A DNA stretch of 64,000 nucleotides from Erysipelotrichaceae bacterium (GTDB taxonomy: Bacteria > Bacillota_I > Bacilli_A > Erysipelotrichales > Erysipelotrichaceae). The notes under the pieces are model-generated. The model saw only the letters and a list, made by a program, of their open reading frames with translations, did no database searches and was not told the DNA's origin. Shown piece by piece: positions 17,005-26,321 of this stretch. The stretch spans positions 5,211 to 69,210 of the forward strand of contig JAFYHT010000061.1 in NCBI GenBank assembly GCA_017539025.1. Reading direction: 5' to 3'. The translations under genes and the position numbers were made by a program. Position 1 is the stretch's first letter, and every line of letters begins with the position of its first letter.

Positions 17005-18086
17005 TCTTCTTCCTCGCTTTCTCTTAACATGTAACGCTCCGTGTATACTTTAAACGCCGAAGGGATCGCCAGTTTCTTCAGTTCTTCCCGATCAGCCACA
17101 AGGCATCCTTCCGGCACTTCTTTCCACTCTCCGACGAAGACCTCATATCCCTTCATGTGCCACTCACGATGCGTGAAGATGTGTCTGGCATCATCGATCC
17201 TTGAGATCCTTAATACATCAAAACCGAGATCTCTCAGATAAGCGACAGCCTCATCCTGATCCAGATATCCATCGGTATTGAGGAATTCATACATCCCTGC
17301 CAGAAGACCTCTGGAAGGCCTCTTGTGAAGTAAGAACTTCTCGTGATCCGAGATCACGAATACCGTCTTCTCTGTGATCTTTCGATCCTTTAAAGCACTG
17401 CGATAAGGGATCCTTGCGTACGCCTTGAGTTCTCTGCAGACGCAATCCTTATAAAACGGACAGGTCTCGCAGATCGGCTTCCCATTAGGAACGCAAACCA
17501 TTGCCCCAAGTTCCATCAGAGCCTGTGTCAGATCTCTGACATATTGTCTGTCTACGGGATTCTTATGATAAAAGTCATTGATCAGACCTGTGATCTGATC
17601 GGATACATAGGAAGCTCTGATATCATCTCTGATCCCAAAACACCTTGTCATGACTCTTAATACATTTCCATCTACTGCCGCATAAGGAAACCCATAACCG
17701 ATCGCCAGTATCGCACCAGCCGTATAAGGGCCGATCCCCGGCAGTTTCAGAAGTTTTCTTTGATCCATCGGAAAGACACCGTCATATTCTTCGATCAGTC
17801 TGATCGCACACTGTTTCAGATATCTGGCTCTGGAATAATAACCCAATCCTTCCCAAAGTCTCATCAGATCATCGTCATCGACGTTTGCCAGAGACCCGAT
17901 ATCCGGCAATACCTTCTTGAAACGGATGAAGTGATCCTTTACCGCCTCTACCCTTGTCTGCTGCAACATGATCTCGGAAAGCCAGACATCATAAAGATCA
18001 CCAGTATCACGCCATGGAAGATCTCTTTTATTTTTTCGGTACCATTCAAGCAGATGATCTGCATCTGCTTTGGAAAACTCATACAT
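17001..18086 (-). CDS. mutY: A/G-specific adenine DNA glycosylase
   Basis: 361 aa with LLEWYRKNKRDLPWR, an HhH-GPD region, a Cys cluster (CVPNGKPICETCPFYKDC) and a NUDIX-like C-terminal domain. Confidence 0.9.
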   Translation of the reverse strand: MYEFSKADADHLLEWYRKNKRDLPWRDTGDLYDVWLSEIMLQQTRVEAVKDHFIRFKKVLPDIGSLANVDDDDLMRLWEGLGYYSRARYLKQCAIRLIEEYDGVFPMDQRKLLKLPGIGPYTAGAILAIGYGFPYAAVDGNVLRVMTRCFGIRDDIRASYVSDQITGLINDFYHKNPVDRQYVRDLTQALMELGAMVCVPNGKPICETCPFYKDCVCRELKAYARIPYRSALKDRKITEKTVFVISDHEKFLLHKRPSRGLLAGMYEFLNTDGYLDQDEAVAYLRDLGFDVLRISRIDDARHIFTHREWHMKGYEVFVGEWKEVPEGCLVADREELKKLAIPSAFKVYTERYMLRESEEEE

Positions 18087-18124
18087 ACTTATATTTTAAT
18101 ACATCCCGACAGTCTGCCCTTCAA

Positions 18125-18153
18125 CAAAAAAGGACAACATTTCTGCTGTCCTT
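18125..18153 (-). terminator. Rho-independent terminator after the RibD_C-like gene
   Basis: Minus strand reads AAGGACA-gcagaaatgt-TGTCCTT followed by TTTTGTTG. Confidence 0.6.
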
Positions 18154-18158
18154 CATTC

Positions 18159-18863
18159 TCATTTCACAAGATAATTCAGATACAATACATCATCAAATCG
18201 TTCCACACGATTCAGTTTCAGATCGAAGGAATGATCGGAAACAGAATACAGTGATCGATCAAAGATCGTCGCAACTTCTCTTTCTCCGCCAACAGTTGGT
18301 GCAACGACCAGAGAGATCTCATCCAGACAGCCCTGTTCCAGCAGAGAATAATCCATCACTCCGCCGCCTGTCACCATCAGCGTTCTGATATCAAAAAGTT
18401 CCTTGAGCTTTTTCATCAGTAATCTCAGATCAAGGTTTTCTTTTCCTGCGAAGACATAAGAGATGTTCAAGGATCTCAGATAAGCGATGTAATCATCATT
18501 TACATCTTCACACAGTACTTCGATCACATGGGAATAAGGCATATTCCTTCTTTCGACATAGTTCTTCGTCCAATTCAAAGAACCTTGTATATCAACACAG
18601 ACGACATAGTTGTCACATTTTTCTGCGATATAGTCGTTTCTATCGAAATGTTCATCGCTGTGTCTGAGCTCATTGATAAATCCATCCGCATAGATCTCGG
18701 CAGCTGTCACAGCACCGTTCAATACCGCTTCGCATTCATAGGAAGATCTGATCTTCTGATTGATTGAAAAAGCTTTCGCTGTTTCAGCAGATGAGAAGAA
18801 TGATCCGTCGATCCTTGAATCAAGAGAACTCAGAAGATGTAATACAATATAAGGTCTATCCAT
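18159..18863 (-). CDS. RibD C-terminal domain / dihydrofolate-reductase-like protein
   Basis: 234 aa. ..LHLLSSLDSRIDG.. and ..TLMVTGGGVM...L..G.LDEISLVVAP match the DHFR-like reductase fold. Confidence 0.7.
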   Translation of the reverse strand: MDRPYIVLHLLSSLDSRIDGSFFSSAETAKAFSINQKIRSSYECEAVLNGAVTAAEIYADGFINELRHSDEHFDRNDYIAEKCDNYVVCVDIQGSLNWTKNYVERRNMPYSHVIEVLCEDVNDDYIAYLRSLNISYVFAGKENLDLRLLMKKLKELFDIRTLMVTGGGVMDYSLLEQGCLDEISLVVAPTVGGEREVATIFDRSLYSVSDHSFDLKLNRVERFDDVLYLNYLVK

Positions 18864-18864
18864 A

Positions 18865-20739
18865 TTAATCCATATTCCTTTCCCAGAATTTTACTGCGTT
18901 TTTGATCCAGCCTTCCGCAACCGTTCCTGTTCCTAAACCGAAACCATGAGAAAGCCCATCAAATATCTCGATCATCGCATCCGTACCATTTGCCTTGATG
19001 CGATCGATCCTTCTTTCCATCACAGTATAACTTGCGATATAGTCATTCGTACCAACACAATTATATGTCGGAGGTTCATTCCCATAGACATCAGATAATC
19101 CCGTGTACTGCATGATCACAGCACCAGGTTTAGGATACTCCGCTTCGCCAAAATATCCTGTTCCAAGAGATCCTAACCAGGCAGCCATACGGGCGCCCGC
19201 TGAACCACCCCACAGGGAATAGGAAGAAGTATCGACCTCTAACTCATCCGCGTGTTCAAAGATATAAGCGATCGCCCTTGCCAGATCTTCACAAGATGTA
19301 TCATAACCCGGACGATAGATCAGAGCGAAGGAGTTGTATCCCATCTTGGACAGTTGTAATGCGTGAGGGAAGGAGTCCTGCATCGCCCCAACAAAGACCA
19401 TCCCTCCTCCGGCATTACAGATCGCAAATCTGCTTCCCGGTTTTCCTTTGAAATAGAATAATCCGGTTTCATTCTTGGAAGGATCTTCTCTTCTTTCTTC
19501 CTTGGAGTAGATATCGAGGAAGATACTGTCATGATGATCCTTCATGTAGTTGACGATCTCAGCACTTTTATCCGGATCCATCTTTCCATACCAGGTGAAA
19601 GACAGATCGTTTAGTGTGTTGCCACTCCAGTAGGATCTGTTTACCGGAAAGATGAGATCTCCATATCCTTCAAAATCGGGATCATTCATGATCTCTAAAA
19701 CAGAAGAATCTTTCGTGTAATAGGATGAGGCAATATCTTCATAATTCCAGAAATACATCAGACCGTTATAGGTATAGAGATTGGATGCTTCTCTTCCATG
19801 AGGATATCCTGCCATCTCTCTGAAAGCCAGGTTTCCCTCTTCTTCACTATCCACCAACGTAAACAGCGGATGATCAGCCATCGCCATGATCTGATTCTTG
19901 AAAGAAGAATAAGCGAAGTCATCTTCTCCCGACATCGCAAAGATGAAAAAGTCATCCTCATCATAGCCCTGATCTTTCACCATAGAAGCCATTAAGCTTC
20001 CGTTACTTGTATAGTTACCACTCATCGGCATGAAATATCTGAAGTAATCCAAAGCATATCTGAATGTACACCAGGTATTCACCGAGCCCATTGAGAAACC
20101 GCCGAATCCTCTGTGGTCTCTGGAAGCCTTCAATCCTTCTAGAGTCGTATCTTTGGCATAGGTGGAATACTTGGACTCCACAGCCGGAAGGATATCGTTG
20201 ACCAGCTCGTTGTGGAAACGATCTGTCAGTTCGATCGCCAGGGAATAATCCCAGCTGTCTTTCTTGCCGGTATTGTTGTAGGTCACCATCACCAGGATCA
20301 TCTCCTTCATCTTTCCATCTTCGATGGAGTGATCGATGACGTGCTTGAATTCAGCAGGATCCTGATCTGTTCCCATGATTGTCGTCTCATTGGACCAACC
20401 GCCATGAGACAGATAGAAGATCTCATATTCCTTCTCATCCGTATATCCGTAAGGAAGATAGACCCACACCTCTTTACTCAGTTTCTGGGAATGATCCTCA
20501 TAGGAGAATGACTCCCAGGTATCATACTTTAATCTTTCCAGTTTTCCCTGATGTCTTGCCGGAAGATAATACTCTTGCGGTATCTCTTCGATCAGTTCAG
20601 GGATCGATTTATGTAAACTGTTATCTTTCACAGTGATTACCTCCATTTCGGTCTTTTTGACCTCGTTTTCTTTTTCTACACTGCTGCAGGCAGTGAATAA
20701 TAAACCTGCAAGCAGTATCATTATCATTTTTCTTATCAT
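18865..20739 (-). CDS. Two-domain secreted lipoprotein esterase (putative-esterase domain + BD-FAE-like alpha/beta hydrolase domain)
   Basis: Signal/lipobox MIRKMIMILLAGLLFTAC. N-terminal domain has VWVYLPYGY..YLSHGG and GFSMGS. C-terminal domain has NAGGGMVF, ALIYRP, WGGSAGA. ATG at 20739; the track start is TTG. Confidence 0.8.
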   Translation of the reverse strand: MIRKMIMILLAGLLFTACSSVEKENEVKKTEMEVITVKDNSLHKSIPELIEEIPQEYYLPARHQGKLERLKYDTWESFSYEDHSQKLSKEVWVYLPYGYTDEKEYEIFYLSHGGWSNETTIMGTDQDPAEFKHVIDHSIEDGKMKEMILVMVTYNNTGKKDSWDYSLAIELTDRFHNELVNDILPAVESKYSTYAKDTTLEGLKASRDHRGFGGFSMGSVNTWCTFRYALDYFRYFMPMSGNYTSNGSLMASMVKDQGYDEDDFFIFAMSGEDDFAYSSFKNQIMAMADHPLFTLVDSEEEGNLAFREMAGYPHGREASNLYTYNGLMYFWNYEDIASSYYTKDSSVLEIMNDPDFEGYGDLIFPVNRSYWSGNTLNDLSFTWYGKMDPDKSAEIVNYMKDHHDSIFLDIYSKEERREDPSKNETGLFYFKGKPGSRFAICNAGGGMVFVGAMQDSFPHALQLSKMGYNSFALIYRPGYDTSCEDLARAIAYIFEHADELEVDTSSYSLWGGSAGARMAAWLGSLGTGYFGEAEYPKPGAVIMQYTGLSDVYGNEPPTYNCVGTNDYIASYTVMERRIDRIKANGTDAMIEIFDGLSHGFGLGTGTVAEGWIKNAVKFWERNMD

Positions 20740-20828
20740 TTCATCTTCCAATCTGTCCTTCAGGACATAAAGAAAATGATCATGTTTTACATCATCACTT
20801 TCTTTTTATTTTTTTCAGAATTCTTATC

Positions 20829-21383
20829 TTAGCTGTTTCTGATCTTCAGGCCGTCCTTGAACGCAAAGCCAACGCTTTCACCTAAGAGACGATAGGTATT
20901 GTTGTTTGGATCAAAAGAGATCAGTTCAGCTTTGCCCAAGTCAAGCTTTCCTTTTTCATCGATGACTGATTCATCTGCCAGCATACCGACGACATCGGCA
21001 ACAACGCCAAGATCATTTTCGCCAACCAGTCGGCATTCCAATGTGATCGGATACTCTTCAAACACCGGTGCATCGATCTTCTCGCTCTTGACGTGGTGGA
21101 AGCCTGCCTTTTCAATCTTGTTTACCTTCTTGCCTGATTCGATACCGAAATAATCGGAAGCGACCAGCGTATCCTTTGTCGCAAAGGCAACAGTGAATTC
21201 TTTCTTCAGTCTGATGTTGTCAGTCGTCTTATGTTCTGACAGAGAAATAAAGATCTGGTCATAATCACACTGTCCGCCCCAGGCGGCATTCATCAGGTTT
21301 GGTACACCGTTTTCATCATAAGTACCGATCATCAGTACAGGTAACGGCGCAAACAGTAAGTGTCCTTTTACTTCTTTCTTCAT
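20829..21383 (-). CDS. Flavin reductase-like (flavoredoxin) domain protein
   Basis: 184 aa. ..APLPVLMIGTYDENGVPNLMNAAWGG.. is typical of FMN-binding split-barrel flavoredoxins. Confidence 0.8.
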   Translation of the reverse strand: MKKEVKGHLLFAPLPVLMIGTYDENGVPNLMNAAWGGQCDYDQIFISLSEHKTTDNIRLKKEFTVAFATKDTLVASDYFGIESGKKVNKIEKAGFHHVKSEKIDAPVFEEYPITLECRLVGENDLGVVADVVGMLADESVIDEKGKLDLGKAELISFDPNNNTYRLLGESVGFAFKDGLKIRNS

Positions 21384-21389
21384 ATTCTT

Positions 21390-22235
21390 TTACTCCTGTG
21401 TATCAAATGGTGGGTTGATATCGGCATATGCAGCGACCTGTTCAGGTGTTGCGTTGTAGTAACGGGTATTCTTGTCGACCTTTGCGATCTCAGCCATTTC
21501 TTCTTGCGTCAGCTCGAAATCGAAGATATCGAAATTCTCGTGGATGTGCTTTGGATTCCTGCTTCCCGGAATGATGACGTTGCCGGACTGCACATGCCAC
21601 CTCAAGATGACCTGGGCATTGGATTTGCCGTATTTGGCAGCCAGCTTTGTGAAGACTTCTTCTTCGATCAGGGACTTATCGCCGTGTCCCAATGGATACC
21701 ACGCCATCAGACCCATTCCGTACTTTGCCAGGAAAGCTTTGAGTTCAGTCTGTGGGAAATAAGGATGAGCTTCAACCTGGACCATCTGCGGTCTGACTTC
21801 GCACTCATCGATGATCTCCTTGATCTGTTCAATAGAGAAGTTAGACAGGCCGATCGCCTTTACTTTTCCTTCTTTATAAGCCTTTTCAATGATCTGATAA
21901 CCCTTCTTCCAGTTGCCGGCCGGCTGATGGAGGAAAAGAAGATCGACATAATCCGTATCCAGTCTCGCCAGAGTCTTTTCTACCGCATCTTCATCTTCAT
22001 AGACAGAAGGCCAGAGTTTTGATACCAGGAAGATCTCACCTCTTTCTACTCCACTGTTTCTGATCGCTCTGCCGGTTGCCTTTTCGTTCATATAGGCATT
22101 AGCGGTATCGATCAGTCTGACACCGTCTTTTAAAGCCGATTCGATCGCAGATTGTGCCTCAGGCGGAGTGAATGTGAATACACCGATACCGGCCATAGGC
22201 ATTTTTGTTTCATTGTTCAATGTAAAATAGTTCAT
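21390..22235 (-). CDS. Aldo/keto reductase
   Basis: 281 aa with GIGVF, RLIDTANAY, SKLW, FLHQP and VIPGS motifs. Confidence 0.9.
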   Translation of the reverse strand: MNYFTLNNETKMPMAGIGVFTFTPPEAQSAIESALKDGVRLIDTANAYMNEKATGRAIRNSGVERGEIFLVSKLWPSVYEDEDAVEKTLARLDTDYVDLLFLHQPAGNWKKGYQIIEKAYKEGKVKAIGLSNFSIEQIKEIIDECEVRPQMVQVEAHPYFPQTELKAFLAKYGMGLMAWYPLGHGDKSLIEEEVFTKLAAKYGKSNAQVILRWHVQSGNVIIPGSRNPKHIHENFDIFDFELTQEEMAEIAKVDKNTRYYNATPEQVAAYADINPPFDTQE

Positions 22236-22247
22236 CTCTTTTTCTCC

Positions 22248-22571
22248 TTATTCTTCCTCACTGTAGATCTCATCGATCATTGGAAATGTAGACCACGCTT
22301 TCGGCCAACCACAATAGAACGCCAGCTGGGTGATGACTTCTACTACTTCTTCTTTTGTTAAGCCATGTTCCTTGCCTAGAGCGATATGGCTCTTTAATTG
22401 CGGATATAAACCTGCTGAGAACAAAGCCGAGATCACTGCCAGACTTCTGTCTCTGGCAGAGAGCTTGTCTTCTCTGGACCAGACTTCGCCAAACAGTACA
22501 TCGTCATTTAATTCTGCGAATTTAGGAGCCAAATGCCCAAGCCTGTCTCTTCCTGCTGTCTGTTTTTTCAT
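22248..22571 (-). CDS. Carboxymuconolactone decarboxylase (CMD/AhpD-like) family protein
   Basis: 107 aa with ..LFGEVWSREDKLSARDRSLAVISAL.. ATGA overlap with the upstream gene. Confidence 0.85.
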   Translation of the reverse strand: MKKQTAGRDRLGHLAPKFAELNDDVLFGEVWSREDKLSARDRSLAVISALFSAGLYPQLKSHIALGKEHGLTKEEVVEVITQLAFYCGWPKAWSTFPMIDEIYSEEE

Positions 22572-23113
22572 GATCTGATTTCCTTTCCCATCCGATATGC
22601 TTCATCTATCGCCTTGGAACCGACGATGTCGCCATGATCCGGTGCATTTATGCCATAGACGATTCCCTTTTCAACTGAACCAGGCAGACAGATCGTAAAA
22701 CCTCTTAAGGCTTCCACAGCCTGATCAACTGATTCATTGCTTTCATCGGCACAGCTTAAAATGAAATAGAATTCCTTATTCTTGAGATCCATGAACTTCG
22801 CATATGTGCGATCGATCAGGGTCTTGAGTTGTGCGTTGACATTGTAGTAATAGACCGGGGAAGCCAGTGCGATGGCATCTGCCTCCAACATCTTCTCCAA
22901 TACTTCATTCATGTCATCTTTGATCGCACAGGTACCGCCGTTTTTCTTGCAGAAGTTGCAGCCGAGACAATAGCCGATCTTCTTCTGTGCCAGGAAGATC
23001 TTCTCGACTTCATTTCCTGCTTCAAGAGCTCCATTCATGAACTGATCTGCCAGCAGATCACTGTTTCCCGCTTTCCTTGCGCTTGCGGATAGGATCAATA
23101 CTTTCTTTGCCAT
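22568..23113 (-). CDS. Flavodoxin-fold NADPH-dependent FMN reductase / iron-sulfur flavoprotein (Isf-like)
   Basis: 181 aa with VLILSASARKAGNS and a compact Cys motif, CLGCNFCKKNGGTC. Confidence 0.75.
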   Translation of the reverse strand: MAKKVLILSASARKAGNSDLLADQFMNGALEAGNEVEKIFLAQKKIGYCLGCNFCKKNGGTCAIKDDMNEVLEKMLEADAIALASPVYYYNVNAQLKTLIDRTYAKFMDLKNKEFYFILSCADESNESVDQAVEALRGFTICLPGSVEKGIVYGINAPDHGDIVGSKAIDEAYRMGKEIRS

Positions 23114-23124
23114 GTTTCACCTTT

Positions 23125-23889
23125 CTATTTCTGTATATTTGCGTCTATGATCTCGCAGATACTGATGTTTTCGTTTCTGTATCTGGCATTCTTATTCTTC
23201 TCAGGCATATTCATCTGGATCGCCTTTGTCGGACAGGCATGGATACAAGCCATGCACATGATGCAGCCTTTTGGATCCTGATTGCTTTTCTGATCTTCTA
23301 CCTTGAAACATCCTTTCGGACAGATCTTTTCACAGATCCCACATCCGATACAGTCTTTTGTGATGTGATAGGCATGAAGGACATCGTTCTGCGGCATCTT
23401 CTTCATCCTTGACAGGAACTCTTCATGTGCTTCTCTGTCGGTTTTCGTTGCCGGCATGATCCATTCTTTTCTTTCTTTCAGATCTTGTCTGATCAGTTCA
23501 ATCTGTTCCTCGACGTGTTTGTCGATCTTTTTCTGTTCCTCCATATCGAAACCCGGAAGGAAGTTGTCGACCATCAATATCACATTGATGTAATCTACTG
23601 CGATATTCAGTTTCTTACACAGTTTCTCTGCCAGTTCAGCCGCATTGGCATGTCTGTTTCCATAGGTCAGGATCATGTAGAAGTAGTCCGTTTCAAATAC
23701 GGAACTCTCCATGAATTCTTTCACCAGCGGTGGAACTTCATGACCGAAGATTGGACACACGATGCCAATCTTTTCATAGGAATAATGTTTATTCTGATCG
23801 TGGATCGCTTGTGCAATACTCCTTCTTTCTTCATCCAGCTGCTTTGATACATAGAGAGAATTGCCTGTTGCGGTGAAGTAGAATATCAT
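23125..23889 (-). CDS. EFR1-type ferredoxin (flavodoxin-like domain + 2x[4Fe-4S] ferredoxin domain)
   Basis: 254 aa with two CxxCxxCxxxCP motifs (CIGCGICEKICP, CIMCMACIHACP). Confidence 0.75.
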   Translation of the reverse strand: MIFYFTATGNSLYVSKQLDEERRSIAQAIHDQNKHYSYEKIGIVCPIFGHEVPPLVKEFMESSVFETDYFYMILTYGNRHANAAELAEKLCKKLNIAVDYINVILMVDNFLPGFDMEEQKKIDKHVEEQIELIRQDLKERKEWIMPATKTDREAHEEFLSRMKKMPQNDVLHAYHITKDCIGCGICEKICPKGCFKVEDQKSNQDPKGCIMCMACIHACPTKAIQMNMPEKNKNARYRNENISICEIIDANIQK

Positions 23890-24031
23890 CGTGCCTCCTT
23901 TCCATCACTGTTTCTTATAGTGAATTTCATCCTTATTACTGAATACACCCTTATTTTATTGACAATTTCGCATTTCGTAAAATATCATTTACTTATACTG
24001 CTATAAACAGAATTTATACTGAGGTGACATA

Positions 24032-24868
24032 ATGATCGAATTTTATCTCCTGGAACAGTTTATTGCCTTTGCCAAAGCCAAAACGCTATCCAAAGCAGCT
24101 GAAGATCTTCATCTCTCTCAGCCTGCCCTAAGCAGGAATATGAAGAAACTGGAAGATGATCTGGGTGTAAAACTCTTTAACAGGACCAGAAACAAGATGG
24201 AGCTCAATGACAACGGTCACTACTTCTATGAACATGGAAGAAGGATCATGGAAGAAAGTGAAGAACTGATCACATCCTTAAGAGAATACGACCGCAAAAA
24301 CCGGACGATCTCTTTAGGTGTCTGTTCCCCAGCTCCGCTCTGGATCCTGACTCCTTTGATCAACGAGTGCTTCCCGCACATGAATCTTCAAAGCAAGTCC
24401 GATGATGAAAATCAACTCTTAGAAGACCTCGACAGAGACTTATGCCAGCTGATCGTCCTGCACGAAAAACCTTTGAACGACTCCTATTACTGTAAGGAAT
24501 GTGGAAAAGAAACTTTGATGTTTGCGGTTCCGAAAAACCACAAATACGCCAAGAGAAAATCTCTTTCTTTTGAAGAAATGAATGGCCAGAACATGTTACA
24601 GATGGCCAATGTTGGATTCTGGTCCTTTGTAGCTGATAAGATGCCTGATTCCAGATTCCTCCTACAGGATGATCGATATTCTCTATCTGAACTCATCGAG
24701 GCATCCAATCTTTCCAACTTTGCGACAGATCTCTCCATCAGATATCTGGGAAGAAGTGAAAGCCGCATCTATATCCCTGTTTCCGATTCAGAAGCGGAAG
24801 TCACCTATTACCTTGTCTGTAAAAAAGAAAACAGAAACGAATTCTCGTCTCTGTTCTCGGTTTTATGA
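24032..24868 (+). CDS. LysR-family transcriptional regulator
   Basis: N-terminal HTH ..AKTLSKAAEDLHLSQPALSRNMKKLEDDLGVKLFNRT... Divergent from the redox gene cluster. Confidence 0.9.
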   Translation: MIEFYLLEQFIAFAKAKTLSKAAEDLHLSQPALSRNMKKLEDDLGVKLFNRTRNKMELNDNGHYFYEHGRRIMEESEELITSLREYDRKNRTISLGVCSPAPLWILTPLINECFPHMNLQSKSDDENQLLEDLDRDLCQLIVLHEKPLNDSYYCKECGKETLMFAVPKNHKYAKRKSLSFEEMNGQNMLQMANVGFWSFVADKMPDSRFLLQDDRYSLSELIEASNLSNFATDLSIRYLGRSESRIYIPVSDSEAEVTYYLVCKKENRNEFSSLFSVL

Positions 24869-24871
24869 TTT

Positions 24872-25591
24872 TTAGAAGTGTTTGACTCTTCCCTTGAAGT
24901 GTTCGTAGATCGCGTTATTGTCGAATCCATCCACATTCTGTGACTGGAAGACATACGGACGCTTGCCATGACTTGTGACGATCTTGATCGCCTCCGTGAC
25001 GACTGTATTGATCAGAAACATTGAAACGATCGAAGAAGCCGGACCGGTCTTGATCCCATCGATATCCATCGATGCATCGCCTGATGGAACACAGGTATCG
25101 ATGACGCAATCCGCAAACTCATAGAGCTTCTTTCCTGATGGATGTCTGGATGTCGTATTCCTTGACTGTTCCATATTGGTCATCGCTACGACATAGACCC
25201 CTTCTTTCTGGCAACGCATCGCCATTTCGATCGGCATCGCATTCCTTCCGGAATTGGAAGTGATGATCATCATATCACCCTTTTCGATATTATAAGAATC
25301 ATAGATGACATCGGACACACCCGGTGTCTTTTCCATTGCGCCGGATCTCTGTGCGCCAAAGGAAGTCAGAGTATCCGGGTCCAACATCGCATCGACATTT
25401 CCCAAACCACCTGCCCTGGCGAACAGTTCGATCCCCAGCATATGGGAATGGCCGGTACCAAAGGTATGGATCATCTTATCGTTCTCGATGTTCTCCGCAA
25501 CCTTTTCCGCAAGCTCTTTAATGACATCTTTATTCTTTTCTTCTGCGACCTTGAGTAATTCGGTGATCTTATCTCCGTATTCAAATAACAT
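24872..25591 (-). CDS. UPF0309-type SIS-domain protein (paralogue SIS-1)
   Basis: 239 aa with FGTGHSH, ITSNSGRN, RHPSGKKLYEFADCVIDTCVPSGDA, and a family-typical C-terminus. Confidence 0.8.
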   Translation of the reverse strand: MLFEYGDKITELLKVAEEKNKDVIKELAEKVAENIENDKMIHTFGTGHSHMLGIELFARAGGLGNVDAMLDPDTLTSFGAQRSGAMEKTPGVSDVIYDSYNIEKGDMMIITSNSGRNAMPIEMAMRCQKEGVYVVAMTNMEQSRNTTSRHPSGKKLYEFADCVIDTCVPSGDASMDIDGIKTGPASSIVSMFLINTVVTEAIKIVTSHGKRPYVFQSQNVDGFDNNAIYEHFKGRVKHF

Positions 25592-25592
25592 C

Positions 25593-26321
25593 TTAAGCTC
25601 TCCCCTCGTATTTTTTGATCAGTGCTTCATCGTGTTCCCTGTCTCCGTTCAGGACAGGAAGCTCATAACCATCTTCTTTCAGTAATTCGATCGTTCTTGC
25701 GGCCATAGATTGAGCAATGCAGTTGTTGCAGATGGAAGAAACGGATGAGACTTTCTCAATTCCATCTGTCTGAATCAGCGCATCGCCATGAGGACCGCAG
25801 TTGTCGATGACGATGTCACCGAATTCATACAGTTTCTTACCTGACGGATGTCTCGGTTCTTCAGCCAATGTATGTTTCATAGAAGTGATGATGATCACCT
25901 TGTGACCGTTCTTCTTTGCCAGATCTGCGATATCGATGACGATCCCGTTGATACCGGAATTGGAAATGACGATAAAGATATCCTGCGGCTTGATATCATA
26001 GAGATCATAGAGTTTCTTGGCAACACCCGGTTTTCTTTCAAAGATGTTCTTTCTGTCCATGAATTCTTCGACGGAAATATCACCCTTGGTTACAAAATCA
26101 GACATCTCCATGATATGGATCGGAACCAGAGCACCGACTCTGTTTTTGATGTCGATACCTAAACCGACTGAATGACCTGAACCGAACACATGGACGACAC
26201 CGCCTTTTTCGATGCATTCCTTGAATGCCTGCGCGGTCGCTTCGATATTGTCTTTCTGTGATTCATAGAGGTGGTCCAGTAATTCAAACAATTCTTCCTT
26301 GAATCTTAATGCGTTGATCAT
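25593..26321 (-). CDS. UPF0309-type SIS-domain protein (paralogue SIS-2)
   Basis: 242 aa with FGSGHS, VISNSGING, RHPSGKKLYEFGDIVIDNCGPHGDA. TAA-g-ATG junction to SIS-1. Confidence 0.8.
   Translation of the reverse strand: MINALRFKEELFELLDHLYESQKDNIEATAQAFKECIEKGGVVHVFGSGHSVGLGIDIKNRVGALVPIHIMEMSDFVTKGDISVEEFMDRKNIFERKPGVAKKLYDLYDIKPQDIFIVISNSGINGIVIDIADLAKKNGHKVIIITSMKHTLAEEPRHPSGKKLYEFGDIVIDNCGPHGDALIQTDGIEKVSSVSSICNNCIAQSMAARTIELLKEDGYELPVLNGDREHDEALIKKYEGRA

Noticed and set aside
21360-22022. Long antisense ORFs of 140-240 aa opposite well-supported genes. Examples are 21360..22022(+), 42954..43550(+), 44156..44668(+), 52818..53330(+), 6247..6765(-), 17760..18254(+), 15310..15753(+) and 26834..27151(+).
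   Set aside because: Each lies in a mirror frame of a gene with clear family motifs. They lack SD sequences and have skewed Ile/Asp/Leu/Phe/Ser-rich composition. They are explained by the GAT/ATC/GATC-rich codon usage, which removes stop codons on the opposite strand.
20829-24868. The LysR-linked cluster of flavoredoxin, aldo/keto reductase, CMD, Isf-like flavoprotein and EFR1 ferredoxin as something novel.
   Set aside because: This combination looks like a conventional electrophile or oxidant detoxification regulon of anaerobic Bacillota. Nothing in the sequence departs from the family norms.
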